Of a stretch of 64,000 nucleotides of DNA, positions 49,957 through 60,371 are shown in pieces. A model generated the notes under the pieces. It did not search any database. It was not told where the DNA came from and saw nothing but the letters and a program-made list of their open reading frames with translations. Within the stretch, counting starts at the first letter, position 1. Every line of letters starts with the position of its first letter. Both the position numbers and the translations under genes were made by a program. This stretch comes from Candidatus Uhrbacteria bacterium (GTDB taxonomy: Bacteria; Patescibacteriota; Patescibacteriia; UBA9934; GWF2-40-263), in contig JAPLZK010000001.1 of assembly GCA_026395055.1 (NCBI GenBank), positions 17,527 through 81,526 on the forward strand, written 5' to 3'.

Positions 49957-51156
49957 TTATTGCCAATACTTTTCATCCACACTCACAGGACTAATAGATC
50001 TGAGTGTTTGCACGAGTGGTGGAAGTGATTTTAAAACATAATCAATGTCTGCTTCTGTTGTTGCGTGTCCAAGCGAGAAGCGCATGGAACCGTGAGCAAC
50101 CTCATACGGAAATCCGAGCGCAAGAATCACGTGTGACGGATCAAGAGATGCGGAAGTACAAGCGGAGCCAGTGGACGCATAAATTCCTGCTGCATCGAGA
50201 TAAAGGAGAAGCGCTTCGCCTTCGATGTCAATGAATGATGCATTTACGTTGTTCGGCAAACGATGGATTCGATCCCCATTGATCCGTGTTCGAGGAATTG
50301 TTGAGAGGATTCCTTCAATGAGTTTGTCGCGAAGTGGAGTAAGTCGAGCTGTTTGTTCGACTCGTTCCGCTTGAACAAGCTCGAATGCTTTTGCAAATCC
50401 GATGATGCCCGCAACATCTTCTGTTCCCGGACGAATGCCGCGCTCTTGCGCACCACCAAACATGAGTGGCTCAAGTTTAATTCCACGCTTCACATACAAA
50501 AGCCCTGTTCCTTTTGGTCCATAAATTTTTGGGCCATTCATGGTGAGCATGTCGACGTGAAGTTTTTCGACATTCATGTCTAAGTACGCTGCCGCTTGGC
50601 ATGCGTCTGTATGAAAAACAAGATGTGGCAACTTTTTCTCTTCGCGATATTTTTGAATGATGTTTCCAATATCCGCAATCGGTTGAATGGTTCCAACTTC
50701 ATTGTTTGCGTACATGATCGAAACCAAAATCGTATCTTCCGTGAGCGCCTCCTCGATCTGACGCGCGTCAATCATTCCCTCTTTGCCTGGCTTGAGATAC
50801 GTCACACGAAACCCCTCTTTCTTTTCAAGACGAATGCATGCTTCGAGAACGGCATGATGTTCAAACGATGTTGTAATGATGTGCATGCCAAACTGTTTAT
50901 TCATGCGTGCGTAACCAAGAATCGCCAAATTATCCGACTCTGTTCCGCCTGAAGTAAACAAAATTTCATCTGGGCGAACATGCAAAACACTTGCCATGGA
51001 AGCACGCGCTTCGCGAAGCGCGTCTGTTGCAACCTTCCCACGAGAATGAAAACTGGATGGATTACCGTATTTATCTTGTAGGTACGGCAACATAACCTCA
51101 AGAACACGAGGATCGAGGGGAGTTGTTGCCGCGTGATCTAGATAGATATCAGGCAT
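49957..51156 (-). CDS. iscS: Cysteine desulfurase (IscS/NifS)
   Basis: YLDHAATTP, FTSGGTESDN, HTDACQ, KIYGPKG, STGSAC. Confidence 0.93.
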   Translation of the reverse strand: MPDIYLDHAATTPLDPRVLEVMLPYLQDKYGNPSSFHSRGKVATDALREARASMASVLHVRPDEILFTSGGTESDNLAILGYARMNKQFGMHIITTSFEHHAVLEACIRLEKKEGFRVTYLKPGKEGMIDARQIEEALTEDTILVSIMYANNEVGTIQPIADIGNIIQKYREEKKLPHLVFHTDACQAAAYLDMNVEKLHVDMLTMNGPKIYGPKGTGLLYVKRGIKLEPLMFGGAQERGIRPGTEDVAGIIGFAKAFELVQAERVEQTARLTPLRDKLIEGILSTIPRTRINGDRIHRLPNNVNASFIDIEGEALLLYLDAAGIYASTGSACTSASLDPSHVILALGFPYEVAHGSMRFSLGHATTEADIDYVLKSLPPLVQTLRSISPVSVDEKYWQ

Positions 51157-51264
51157 ATGGTTGACCGAGTGTATCAAAAAAGCCGCTGGAAATCAACGGC
51201 CACCCTCTGATTTGTGTTATAATTCCCCTATCCAGTGTTCAATCCGTTATTCGTAACATTTTAT

Positions 51265-51723
51265 ATGCAAATTGGAGAACAATACCCAGCATTCCACAAA
51301 AAAACGCTCGTCGTTGTTGCAGACCACAAACACGCCAAACTATTTCTTGGTGAAGATCGTGAATTTACATTTTTGGAAGAAGTAAAGACAACTCATTTAC
51401 ATCCAGAAGCTGGCGATCGAACATCCATGCTGTCCTCAACCGGCGGGCATGGTGCCGTTATAAATGAAAAGGAAACGATTATTGATGAGGATCATTTGTT
51501 TCATGCTCTCGCAAAAGATTTACACATTCGCCTTGAAAAGCATGAGTATGAAGATCTTATCATTGCGGCCGGTCAAGAAGTTCACCAATTGCAAAAATTG
51601 CTCCATCACGATGTAAACGCGCGCGTTCTTCATCTCATTCCAAAACTCCTCACAGAGTTTAATGGTGAACGATTACTCGAACATCTTGAACTTGGACAAG
51701 CCATCACAGAAGACCGGTCTTGA
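51265..51723 (+). CDS. Host-attachment protein / baeRF-like family
   Basis: LVVVADHKHAKLF; F...LAKDL...YEDLIIAA. Confidence 0.7.
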   Translation: MQIGEQYPAFHKKTLVVVADHKHAKLFLGEDREFTFLEEVKTTHLHPEAGDRTSMLSSTGGHGAVINEKETIIDEDHLFHALAKDLHIRLEKHEYEDLIIAAGQEVHQLQKLLHHDVNARVLHLIPKLLTEFNGERLLEHLELGQAITEDRS

Positions 51724-51773
51724 TCTGGATCAATAATCTTGATACATTTCCGTCGATCCCAAAAGATCGACAG

Positions 51774-51849
51774 GGCCTGATGGCGAAGTGGTTAACGCGG
51801 CGGTCTGCAAAACCGCTATGCGAGGGTTCAACTCCCTCTCAGGCCTCCA
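51774..51849 (+). tRNA. tRNA-Cys(GCA)
   Basis: Acceptor GGCCTGA/TCAGGCC, anticodon loop CT-GCA-AA, TCCA end. Confidence 0.96.
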
Positions 51850-51886
51850 AACAAAAAACCCGAGCGTAATGCTCGAGTTTTTTGTT

Positions 51887-52546
51887 TTAGAATACTTCAA
51901 TGGTTGTTTGTTTCAATCCGAACTGTTTGGCTTGTTTTAAATCCTTGAGCCAAATGTCCATGTGCTTGTCATAACGTGCGTTCATACGGTCTTGCACCGT
52001 AAAAATACGGTCACCATATAATTCTGGAATACGCACGTGCGTTCCCATGGGCAAAAAGTTTGCCGCAACAACGTCTTCAAGCCCACGTTTACATACGTTC
52101 ATTCCAGAAGCTGTAATACAAGGGGAATCGTCCGTTTGGCCGACTTCCGAAGTATAAGCCGTAATTGGAATGGTATATGTCTTACGCGCCTTTGCATCAA
52201 CAGAAACCGGAAGGTCTCCGAATGATTTTGTTTCATTTTCCATGGCGTTAATCATAAGCGCCACGGTTTGGTGATCCACGGGCTTTTGGTCCGTTGCCAT
52301 GTCTGCGTTCGCCATTGCTGGGAAAAAGACATATGTACCAATCATTGCCACAAAGGCAACAACAGAAACATCAAAGGCATATTTACGAACAAGAACCAAT
52401 TTTTGTGTAATTTTAATGAAGATTTTGGATGTGAAAAAAGCAACGGTACGTACGTACCCAAAATCGTTGTCCCAAATCATAGCGATTGCCGATTTGGTTT
52501 TCTTTTGAATTGTTTTCAAGCCCTTTGTTAAGCGTTTATTTGTCAT
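51887..52546 (-). CDS. 3D-domain cell-wall protein
   Basis: TAYTSE..QTDDSPCITASG, VAANFLPMGT, VQDRM, MDIW. Confidence 0.88.
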   Translation of the reverse strand: MTNKRLTKGLKTIQKKTKSAIAMIWDNDFGYVRTVAFFTSKIFIKITQKLVLVRKYAFDVSVVAFVAMIGTYVFFPAMANADMATDQKPVDHQTVALMINAMENETKSFGDLPVSVDAKARKTYTIPITAYTSEVGQTDDSPCITASGMNVCKRGLEDVVAANFLPMGTHVRIPELYGDRIFTVQDRMNARYDKHMDIWLKDLKQAKQFGLKQTTIEVF

Positions 52547-52776
52547 ACCCGACGTTTCCTTCCTCCTACAGAAGAGACGTTGGGCAGGGCAAATAGTGTT
52601 CCATCAAAAAACCCTGTTTCCAGAGTGGCACTATAGTACCACGAAAACCTGTATTTGTCAATGGTTTCAGGCCTTCTTTTCTATTTTTTTTAGCTTAACA
52701 TAGCCAATTACCTCTTGTGGATGCTTTGTGGATTCCTTTGTCGAAAACCAGAAAATCAGGTATCCTACCTTCACTT

Positions 52777-55743
52777 ATGTCACAACACATTTACAACAAG
52801 CAAAGCTGGAAAAACTCTGGAAAACCAAGCGCTATGCTTGGTCGAATCTGGGGATCGTTTCGTCAAACCGCCATCGGCAAAAATTTGTGGCTCATTCTCA
52901 TCTTCCTTGTCGTCCTTGGCTCCCTTTTGGCCTTGGGATTATTCGCCATTGCAAGCCGAGACCTCCCAAGCCCGGGCAGTTTAACTCAACGCAAAATCTC
53001 TCAAACAACAAAAATATACGATCGAACCGGTGAACACCTTCTCTACGAAATCGCCGGTAACCAAAACCGCACACTCAAGCAATTCCAAGTAGGATTCTGC
53101 AGTCCAAAAGATCCAAAGCTCACCTTTGATCCAAAAGGCATTCCACTTTACGCCATTCAAGCAACGGTCACTGCAGAAGACAGAAGCTTCTGTGAACACA
53201 GTGGCTTTGATGTGAAGGGACTTGCACGCGCCGTCTTTTTAAACCTGATTGGTCAACGTGTTGGTGGATCCACTCTCACACAACAACTCGTGAAAAACGC
53301 GATTCTCTCGAATGAAAAAACATTCACACGTAAAATCAAAGAATTAATTTTGTCTGTTGAACTTGAACAAAAATATTCCAAAGATGAAATTCTTCAAATT
53401 TATTTTAATGAAATTCCGTACGGATCAAGTTATTATGGAATCGAAGCCGCATCACAAAACTATTTTGGAAAATCTGTAAACGATTTATCGGTCGCAGAAG
53501 CTGCAACCCTCGCTGCACTTCCAAAAGCACCAACAACTTACTTGAATAATCCAGACATGCTGAAGACACGTCGAGATTATATTTTGGGTGAAATGCAAAA
53601 ACTTGGATTCATCGACAAGGCAACGTTTGAAAAAGCAAAAGCGGAACAAACTCCTGTGAACATTCGCTTGTCGAACATCACGGCACCGCACTTCGTCATG
53701 GATGTGAAGGCAGATCTCGAAGACACGTATGGTCGCCGCACGGTTGAGGAAGGCGGACTCAAAGTGATTACGACACTTGATTATAAATTGCAACAGATTG
53801 CAGAAGAAGAAGTAACCAACGGAGTAAATGCGAAAGGTTCGCAATACGGATTCTCAAACTCTTCTCTCGTCGCCGAAGATCCACACACAGGACAAATCCT
53901 CGCCATGGTCGGTTCGAAAGACTTCTTCGACAAATCGATCGATGGCCAGGTGAACGTCGCAACGCGTCACCGACAACCAGGCTCGAGTTTCAAGCCAATC
54001 GTTTATACAAAGGCGTTCGAAATGGGATACACACCAAACACAGTTCTTTGGGATGTGAATACAGATTTTCCAACAGCAGTCGGAACCTACTCACCACACG
54101 ATTACGATTTGAAAGAACGCGGACCACTTAAAATTCGTGACGCTCTTCAATCATCCCTCAACATTCCTGCGGTTAAAACGGTATACCTCGTTGGTGTTGA
54201 TAACGCGCTCGACTTTGCAACTTCACTTGGTTACGACTCGTTTTCAAATCATGCAAACTTCGGCATGTCGATTGTGCTTGGAGGTGGTGAAGTTCGACTG
54301 ATTGATCACGTAAACGCTTACGCAACATTCGCAAACGAAGGAAAATTAAACGAACAAGTTTCTGTCTTACGCGTAGAAGATGCAACAGGAAATGTTCTCG
54401 AAGAATGGAAACAAAAAGATCCAAAACAAGTTGTGGATCCAAATGCGGCACACATGATTTCAAATGTTCTTTCCGATAATGTGGCGCGTACACCAATCTT
54501 CGGACCAAAAAGTAATCTTCAACTCGCAGACAGACCTGTTGCCGCTAAATCTGGAACAACAAATGATTTTCATGACGCATGGCTTATGGGTTACACACCA
54601 TCACTTGCCGCGGGTGTATGGGTTGGAAACAACAACAACACGGCCATGAAAAATAAGGCGGATGGTTCTATTGTTGCGGGTCCAATCTGGAATGCATTCA
54701 TGAAGCGCGCTCTTGAAGGAACACCTGTCGAACAATTTCCAACACCAGACATTCATCCAACAGGCAAACCTGTTCTTGATGGCTCGCTCGGCGCACAAAC
54801 ACTCATCATTGATCGTGCGAGCGGAAAGATCGCAACAGACTTTACACCAGACACATTTAAAGAAACGAGAGTCTACGGTGGCTATCACGAAATTTTACAA
54901 TTCGTAACACCAAGCAATCCACAAGGTCCCGCACCAGATCATCCAGAACAAGATCCTCAGTATGCAGCCTGGGAAACAGGAGTTCAAAATTGGCTCAATA
55001 AAAAACAAACGGAAACAGGAGTTCAACTTGTCACAACAAATCCACCAACAGAACAAGATGATGTTCACATTCCATCAAACACACCAACCATTCATCTTCA
55101 ATCCCCTTCAAACAACACGGTTATTGATGGGCACTCAATTCCTGTCTCTGTAAGCACTTCTGCGCCTCGCGGAGTCGCACGCGTTGAATATTATTTGGAT
55201 GATCTATTTATTGGTTCCATTTCGCACCAATCATCCTTTGACACAACCCTCTCGATTCCTTCAACAATTCCGAAAGGATTGCATTCTTTGAAGGCTGTCG
55301 CCTATGACGATATCGACAATAGTGCCTCAGATGTTGTGAGTATTCAAACAACTGCGGAAGCAGAAGATAATACATTTAGTCTGACAGATCCAAAGAACGG
55401 TCAGACAATCGATAAAACAACAGGTGTTTATACAATCGTTACATCCTTAAAAAATCCACAAAGTATAGGTTCTGTGACAATCTTTGCGGAACAAGTTGGT
55501 TCACAAGCAAAAACCGTTATTGGAGAATTCTCAAATCCAACTTCCCCATTTGTTACGGTGGACTGGAAACTTCCCGATACGGGAGCATGGGTTCTATCCG
55601 CAAGTGCAAAACCAAAATCAGGTTCTACCCTTATTACAACAGGAGGAACAGTTGTAGAAGTTCAAGGATCCATGATTTCATCCGCAACGGATTCAGGGAG
55701 TGTATTCAAACCCACAAACTCTCTAGACCCATTTGCAAAATAA
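52777..55743 (+). CDS. Class A penicillin-binding protein (PBP1A) with C-terminal Ig-like domains
   Basis: EDRSF, GGSTLTQQLVKN, RKIKE, QPGSSFKP, SLN, KSGT. Start uncertain (52717-52834). Confidence 0.93.
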   Translation: MSQHIYNKQSWKNSGKPSAMLGRIWGSFRQTAIGKNLWLILIFLVVLGSLLALGLFAIASRDLPSPGSLTQRKISQTTKIYDRTGEHLLYEIAGNQNRTLKQFQVGFCSPKDPKLTFDPKGIPLYAIQATVTAEDRSFCEHSGFDVKGLARAVFLNLIGQRVGGSTLTQQLVKNAILSNEKTFTRKIKELILSVELEQKYSKDEILQIYFNEIPYGSSYYGIEAASQNYFGKSVNDLSVAEAATLAALPKAPTTYLNNPDMLKTRRDYILGEMQKLGFIDKATFEKAKAEQTPVNIRLSNITAPHFVMDVKADLEDTYGRRTVEEGGLKVITTLDYKLQQIAEEEVTNGVNAKGSQYGFSNSSLVAEDPHTGQILAMVGSKDFFDKSIDGQVNVATRHRQPGSSFKPIVYTKAFEMGYTPNTVLWDVNTDFPTAVGTYSPHDYDLKERGPLKIRDALQSSLNIPAVKTVYLVGVDNALDFATSLGYDSFSNHANFGMSIVLGGGEVRLIDHVNAYATFANEGKLNEQVSVLRVEDATGNVLEEWKQKDPKQVVDPNAAHMISNVLSDNVARTPIFGPKSNLQLADRPVAAKSGTTNDFHDAWLMGYTPSLAAGVWVGNNNNTAMKNKADGSIVAGPIWNAFMKRALEGTPVEQFPTPDIHPTGKPVLDGSLGAQTLIIDRASGKIATDFTPDTFKETRVYGGYHEILQFVTPSNPQGPAPDHPEQDPQYAAWETGVQNWLNKKQTETGVQLVTTNPPTEQDDVHIPSNTPTIHLQSPSNNTVIDGHSIPVSVSTSAPRGVARVEYYLDDLFIGSISHQSSFDTTLSIPSTIPKGLHSLKAVAYDDIDNSASDVVSIQTTAEAEDNTFSLTDPKNGQTIDKTTGVYTIVTSLKNPQSIGSVTIFAEQVGSQAKTVIGEFSNPTSPFVTVDWKLPDTGAWVLSASAKPKSGSTLITTGGTVVEVQGSMISSATDSGSVFKPTNSLDPFAK

Positions 55744-55779
55744 AATAAAAGACACTCTACTTCCAGAGTGTCTTTTATT

Positions 55780-56916
55780 TTATTGTTTGATTGGCATCAC
55801 AATATAACGATGCTCATTTGGTTTGTCTTTTGTTGTCAGCAAACAGGGATTTGAGGCATCAATCATCTGAAAGAGAACTTGTTCTCCGTACATAGATTGT
55901 AAACCATCAAGGAGATAACGAAAGTTTACCGTTACCGTATTATTCACTCCTGTAATTTCCGCATCACATGTCGTTGTGTTTTCTCCACGCGTGACATCAA
56001 CTGCCTGGACACTTACACGTTTGTCTGTTGGAGAAAAAAGGAGGGTTACATCGAACAACCCATTCTTTGAAAACAAACTTGCGGTCTTTACCGCTTTCAA
56101 AAAATCCTCACGATCAATTACGGCTTGTGTTTGAAATTGTTTTGGAATGATCTGTTCGTAGTCTGGATATTTTTCTTCAATTGTTCGCGACACAAGTTCA
56201 ACGGGGCCATACATAAAGACAACCTGGTTCTGTTTCACTTGCATGGTGATGTAGGAAGGTAAGTCCACCTCGTCTCGAAACACAGATAAAACACGACTTA
56301 CTTCAGAAAGCGTCTTTGCAGGAATAACCACACGGAAATCTTGCGCAGGACCACTTGTAACCGGAATCGTCTTTTCAGATAGTCGGTATGAGTCTGTTGT
56401 TGCAAGTGTGAGTCTCATCTCCTGCTGGAAGGGGTAGAAATGCATCAGGACACCCGTAAGCTCTGGACGCGACTCATTCGTTGCAACAGAGAAGAGAACC
56501 TGTGAGAGAGCTGATTTCAAATCATCGATCGGAATCTGAAAACTCATATCCCCTTCAACCTTTGGAACAAGAGGAAAATCTGAAGCATTCATTCCGTGTA
56601 TTTTTGTTTTGTGCCCTCCACATTCCACCAAAACGTGATCCCCATTTGTTTCCAAGTGAATCACTTCATTTGGAAGAAGTGAAACGTAGTCAAAAAATAA
56701 TTTTGAAGGGATCGTAAATTCTCCTTGTTCATCAATCTTTCCTCGAACAGAACAATTGATGGCAATTTCAAGATTGGTGGCGGTAAATCGTACGACTCCC
56801 CCGTCTGCTTTTACAAGAACGTTTTGGAGGATTGGAAGATTTACGTTTTTTGTCACTAAGTGACTCGTGATGCTGAGTCCTTGGTGGAGGTTTTCTTGCG
56901 TGCAGGAAATCTTCAT
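55780..56916 (-). CDS. dnaN: DNA polymerase III beta clamp
   Basis: LPILQNV, ATNLE, SRPELTGV, TTDSYRL, YPDY, IVMPI. Confidence 0.97.
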   Translation of the reverse strand: MKISCTQENLHQGLSITSHLVTKNVNLPILQNVLVKADGGVVRFTATNLEIAINCSVRGKIDEQGEFTIPSKLFFDYVSLLPNEVIHLETNGDHVLVECGGHKTKIHGMNASDFPLVPKVEGDMSFQIPIDDLKSALSQVLFSVATNESRPELTGVLMHFYPFQQEMRLTLATTDSYRLSEKTIPVTSGPAQDFRVVIPAKTLSEVSRVLSVFRDEVDLPSYITMQVKQNQVVFMYGPVELVSRTIEEKYPDYEQIIPKQFQTQAVIDREDFLKAVKTASLFSKNGLFDVTLLFSPTDKRVSVQAVDVTRGENTTTCDAEITGVNNTVTVNFRYLLDGLQSMYGEQVLFQMIDASNPCLLTTKDKPNEHRYIVMPIKQ

Positions 56917-57167
56917 AGGTTTTAGTTTTTTGATTTGAAAAAGGGAACTAAAGATAATGATAAGGCTGTGGATGACAGGGATAACTTTTTCTTTTTAGCT
57001 CCTCTTAGCAAAATTCTTTTCCGAATGCCTGTGGAAGACTTCTGTGGAAAGGTGTGTACGAGTGTGTGGATAGAAATTTCATCCAAAACAACGTTCTTTC
57101 ATCCACGGGTTTTGCACAGTGTTATCCAGTGGGTTGTCGATATCTTATACACAAGGATAACTGGTGA
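56917..57167. other. oriC, dnaA-dnaN part: DnaA boxes and DnaA-trio-like tract
   Basis: Degenerate boxes (TGTGGATGA 56967, TGTGGATAG, TTATACACA 57145); minus strand TCATCCACA-GCC-TTATCATTATCTTTA. Confidence 0.8.
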
Positions 57168-58580
57168 CTAAGATGTGTATAAGCGCTGTTTGATGAGTTC
57201 AAGGTCGTGCTGAAGCTTTTCATCAGCGGTTAAGCATTCAGAAATTTTCTCGTAGGCGTGCATGGCGGTTGTGTGATCTCGGCCACCAAGTTCGTTTCCG
57301 ATAGATGGATAACTGGATTTCATTTCTTCCCGCATGAGATACATGATGATTTGACGAGGAAATGCGAGTTTTTTCTCACGACTTTTTCCAAGCAAGTCTT
57401 CGATACGAATATCAAAGTAGATTGATACGGTATGAATGAGTTGCTTTGGTGTTACGTTCTTCTTGAGTGAAGAAGGTTGAAAGCTGGTGAGAATTGGTTT
57501 AACCGTGTCGAGTGTTGGTCGAATGTTTTTGAATTGATGGAAAGCGATCACTTTATTGAGAGCACCTTCAAGTTCTCGCACGTTCGTCTGTACGACGGAT
57601 GCAATGTGATTCAGGATGTCGTGTTCAATTTGATAAACCTTTTCGCGACATTTTGATTCAAGAATAGCCACGCGCGTTTCAAAATCTGGGGATCCAACAT
57701 CCGCCATCATTCCTTGTTCGAGACGAGAGGATAGTCGTGCCTCAAGTGATGGAATGGCTTTTGGTGGGCGATCCGATGAGAATACGAGCTGTTTGTTGTT
57801 TTGAAAGAGTTGGTTGAATGTGTGGAAGAATTCTTCTTGTGTGCTCTCTTTTCCGCCAAGAAATTGAATGTCATCAATGAGAAGTGTATCCACCATTCGA
57901 TATCTGTTCTTAAAATCATTCATTTTTCCGGTACGAAGCGCTGAAACGTAATCATTTGTGAAACGTTCACACGTAATATAAAGAATGCGAAGGTTTGGGT
58001 TCTTTCGTAAGAGCTCATTTCCAATCGCTTGAAGCAAATGGGTTTTTCCAAGCCCAACTCCTCCGTAGATATAAAGAGGATTGTAAACGCCCCCCGGTTG
58101 ATTTGAGACCGCTTGAGCGGCGGCGTGAGCAAGTTCGTTTTGTTTTCCAACAATGAAGGTTTCAAAACAATATTTTCCATTTAAAGAAAACTCTCCTGTT
58201 CGATTTTCTTGAACGTCCGATGGTTGTTCGGTAAAAAAATCTTTTGGGGATTGTACGGGTTGTTCTGGAGCATGATAAACAGGTTGTGGTTCTGGTTTTC
58301 CTGCAACAGGAACCATTTGCGCCGGGATCTGACGTGTTTCAACACGGAATGTAATGTGTTTAATGTTTCCTCCTGTGTGCTCTTGCACAGACTTAATGAT
58401 TTCTTTCGCATGTTTTTTTTCAAGCCATGTCAATGTAAACATGTTTGGAACACCAACGGTAAGAGAGTGTTCTGAAATCTCTGAAATGAACGTGCTTTTA
58501 AACCACGTCGTGAAATTTGCTTTGCTAAGGGACAACTCGAGTTCCCCAAGAACAGCTTGCCAGAGTTCGATCGTGTTCAT
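57168..58580 (-). CDS. dnaA: Chromosomal replication initiator
   Basis: YNPLYIYGGVGLGKTHL, LLIDDIQF, NVRELEGA, GGRDHTT. Confidence 0.98.
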   Translation of the reverse strand: MNTIELWQAVLGELELSLSKANFTTWFKSTFISEISEHSLTVGVPNMFTLTWLEKKHAKEIIKSVQEHTGGNIKHITFRVETRQIPAQMVPVAGKPEPQPVYHAPEQPVQSPKDFFTEQPSDVQENRTGEFSLNGKYCFETFIVGKQNELAHAAAQAVSNQPGGVYNPLYIYGGVGLGKTHLLQAIGNELLRKNPNLRILYITCERFTNDYVSALRTGKMNDFKNRYRMVDTLLIDDIQFLGGKESTQEEFFHTFNQLFQNNKQLVFSSDRPPKAIPSLEARLSSRLEQGMMADVGSPDFETRVAILESKCREKVYQIEHDILNHIASVVQTNVRELEGALNKVIAFHQFKNIRPTLDTVKPILTSFQPSSLKKNVTPKQLIHTVSIYFDIRIEDLLGKSREKKLAFPRQIIMYLMREEMKSSYPSIGNELGGRDHTTAMHAYEKISECLTADEKLQHDLELIKQRLYTS

Positions 58581-58816
58581 AACGACAATTTATGAGAAAA
58601 AACGATTCAAATACACGAGGTTGAATGTAAGATGTGTGTAAGTGTAACCATTTATCCACAAGTGGGCAAGTGTGCGAATTGTTCGTAAAGCCCTTGATAA
58701 GTTGTGGATAGCATGTTAGTATCTGTGTACTTGTCGTGGCTAGCCACCTATTGCAAAATTAGGTATAAAGCTGGTCACAGGAACCTGTTCACCCATCACA
58801 CGATTAATGTCGATCT
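58581..58816. promoter_or_regulatory. dnaA-rpmH intergenic region with DnaA boxes
   Basis: Consensus TTATCCACA at 58652-58660 and TGTGGATAG at 58703-58711. Confidence 0.7.
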
Positions 58817-58969
58817 ATGCCAAAGCGAACCCACCAACCAAAGAAGCTCAAACGCGTAAGAACACACGGTTTTCTTAAGCGTATGAGCACAAAGAACGGC
58901 CGAGAAGTTATTGCTCGCCGTCGTGCAAAAGGACGTAAGCGCCTTGCGCCAAAAGCTACAAGTAAATAA
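58817..58969 (+). CDS. rpmH: 50S ribosomal protein L34 (below ORF-track cutoff)
   Basis: [43 protein letters not shown]. Confidence 0.97.
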   Translation: MPKRTHQPKKLKRVRTHGFLKRMSTKNGREVIARRRAKGRKRLAPKATSK

Positions 58970-58975
58970 ACCTCT

Positions 58976-59314
58976 GTGTTTCCTTCCGTAAACCGATTAC
59001 GTAACGAAAAAGATATCAAAACACTCTTCGCGAAAGGCAGGAGTGTTTTTGATGTCACACTCGGCATCCGGTTTGCCCCAAATAACCTACCAATGACTCG
59101 GTTTACAGTCGTTGTCGGGACGAAAATCTCGAAACGGGCGGTGGTGCGAAATCGTTTAAAGCGCAGAATTCGAGGAATCGTTGAAAAACGTCTTCTCGAG
59201 ATTAAGCCGGGGTTTGATGTCCTGTTTCTCGTAAAGAAGGAGACGATCGACCAGACACATAAGCAACTTGTTGAGCAGATTGAACGCATGTTTAAGCGCG
59301 CAAAACTCGTATGA
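58976..59314 (+). CDS. rnpA: RNase P protein component
   Basis: [17 protein letters not shown] motif; follows rpmH. Confidence 0.95.
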   Translation: MFPSVNRLRNEKDIKTLFAKGRSVFDVTLGIRFAPNNLPMTRFTVVVGTKISKRAVVRNRLKRRIRGIVEKRLLEIKPGFDVLFLVKKETIDQTHKQLVEQIERMFKRAKLV

Positions 59315-59571
59315 AGCTCCGATTTTGGATTGTTCCAAGTCTCATTGTTCTCTTTTTGATCCGACTCTATCAAAAAACCCTTTCATTTGATCATGGATTC
59401 ATGAAACTCTATTACCCAGACGGGTATTGTCGGTTTCATCCAACGTGTTCGGAGTATGGATACCACGCAATCGAGAAGCACGGCCTTATAAAAGGAGGAT
59501 GGCTCACGGTTGGGCGAATTATTCGTTGCAATCCATTCAATAAAGGAGGAATCGATGAGGTTCCAAACTAA
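59311..59571 (+). CDS. yidD: Membrane protein insertion efficiency factor
   Basis: [21 protein letters not shown]. Confidence 0.95.
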   Translation: MKLRFWIVPSLIVLFLIRLYQKTLSFDHGFMKLYYPDGYCRFHPTCSEYGYHAIEKHGLIKGGWLTVGRIIRCNPFNKGGIDEVPN

Positions 59572-59642
59572 AATACCAACGAAATCGTTGGTATTTTAGT
59601 TATCCCCATTCGATGGGGCTATGGGGATAAGGTGTTGATAGT

Positions 59643-60362
59643 CTATTTATCCCAAAGCATCTCAAACATTTCCTTGAAAATATCCACCATACTTGGAACT
59701 TCGATAACAACCGCTAAAGCGGTTTGATCTGGGCTTACGATCAGGATTTTATCATCAAAGATATCCATTGTACTTTTAAATATGTGGTTCTTTGGCAGTA
59801 CTCGAACTTCTCGAAGCAACTTCTCATCATCAGGACTCGCTTTGACCGAGTCGGCTGAAAGCAGAATTCGTGTTTTTATTTTCGCATCCGCTCGATCGAA
59901 CCGAAACTTTTGAAAAAACTCAGGATTAATTCCCTCCCAAGCCGTCGCACTTCCGATCGCGTCGTAAGATTTTCCTTTATATTCAGCGAGAATGCCTGTG
60001 TAGAAACGCTCAAGCTCTTGTTTTGTCTCGATAAAACGTAGGCCTACACTCGAAACAGTTTGTTTCTCGACAGACTTTAGCTCTGGAATGATTGCATTGA
60101 ACGATTCGAGCCGCTTTTCGAACTGTCCAGCGACTTTGTCTGGCTTTTCTGCTCGATATAAACGCTTTGACTTGTGAAAATACGTAGAAGCAAAGCCTTT
60201 TTCATGCAAAGACTTGAGGATTGGATAGATTGTTGTCCGCTTCAAACCGACTTCCTTTGACAAAGCAATGGCATTTGCACCCCCAAATTTCAATAAAGCG
60301 AGGTAAGTTCGCGCCTCGTCTTCGGTTAGTCCGAGGGTTTGAAGAGTGGTTACGTGGGACAT
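59643..60362 (-). CDS. TrmB-family transcriptional regulator
   Basis: LGLTEDEARTYLALL...RTTIY.IL winged HTH plus TrmB-type C-terminal domain. Confidence 0.87.
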   Translation of the reverse strand: MSHVTTLQTLGLTEDEARTYLALLKFGGANAIALSKEVGLKRTTIYPILKSLHEKGFASTYFHKSKRLYRAEKPDKVAGQFEKRLESFNAIIPELKSVEKQTVSSVGLRFIETKQELERFYTGILAEYKGKSYDAIGSATAWEGINPEFFQKFRFDRADAKIKTRILLSADSVKASPDDEKLLREVRVLPKNHIFKSTMDIFDDKILIVSPDQTALAVVIEVPSMVDIFKEMFEMLWDK

Positions 60363-60371
60363 AAGGGGTGT

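Noticed and set aside
51752-51771. Short hairpin just before tRNA-Cys as a third copy of the tRNA-leader element
   Set aside because: Only a 7-bp stem with no sequence similarity to the AAAACCTTC-ended family.
52547-52640. Possible c-di-AMP riboswitch before the 3D-domain gene
   Set aside because: Only a weak hairpin around an SD-like sequence; the conserved ydaO motifs are not visible.
58804-59373. 189-aa minus-strand ORF
   Set aside because: Antisense to rpmH, rnpA and yidD.
59572-59642. yidC missing after yidD; inverted TTATCCCCA pair
   Set aside because: yidC may lie elsewhere and cannot be judged from this window; the inverted pair is adequately explained as part of the terminator region between convergent genes.
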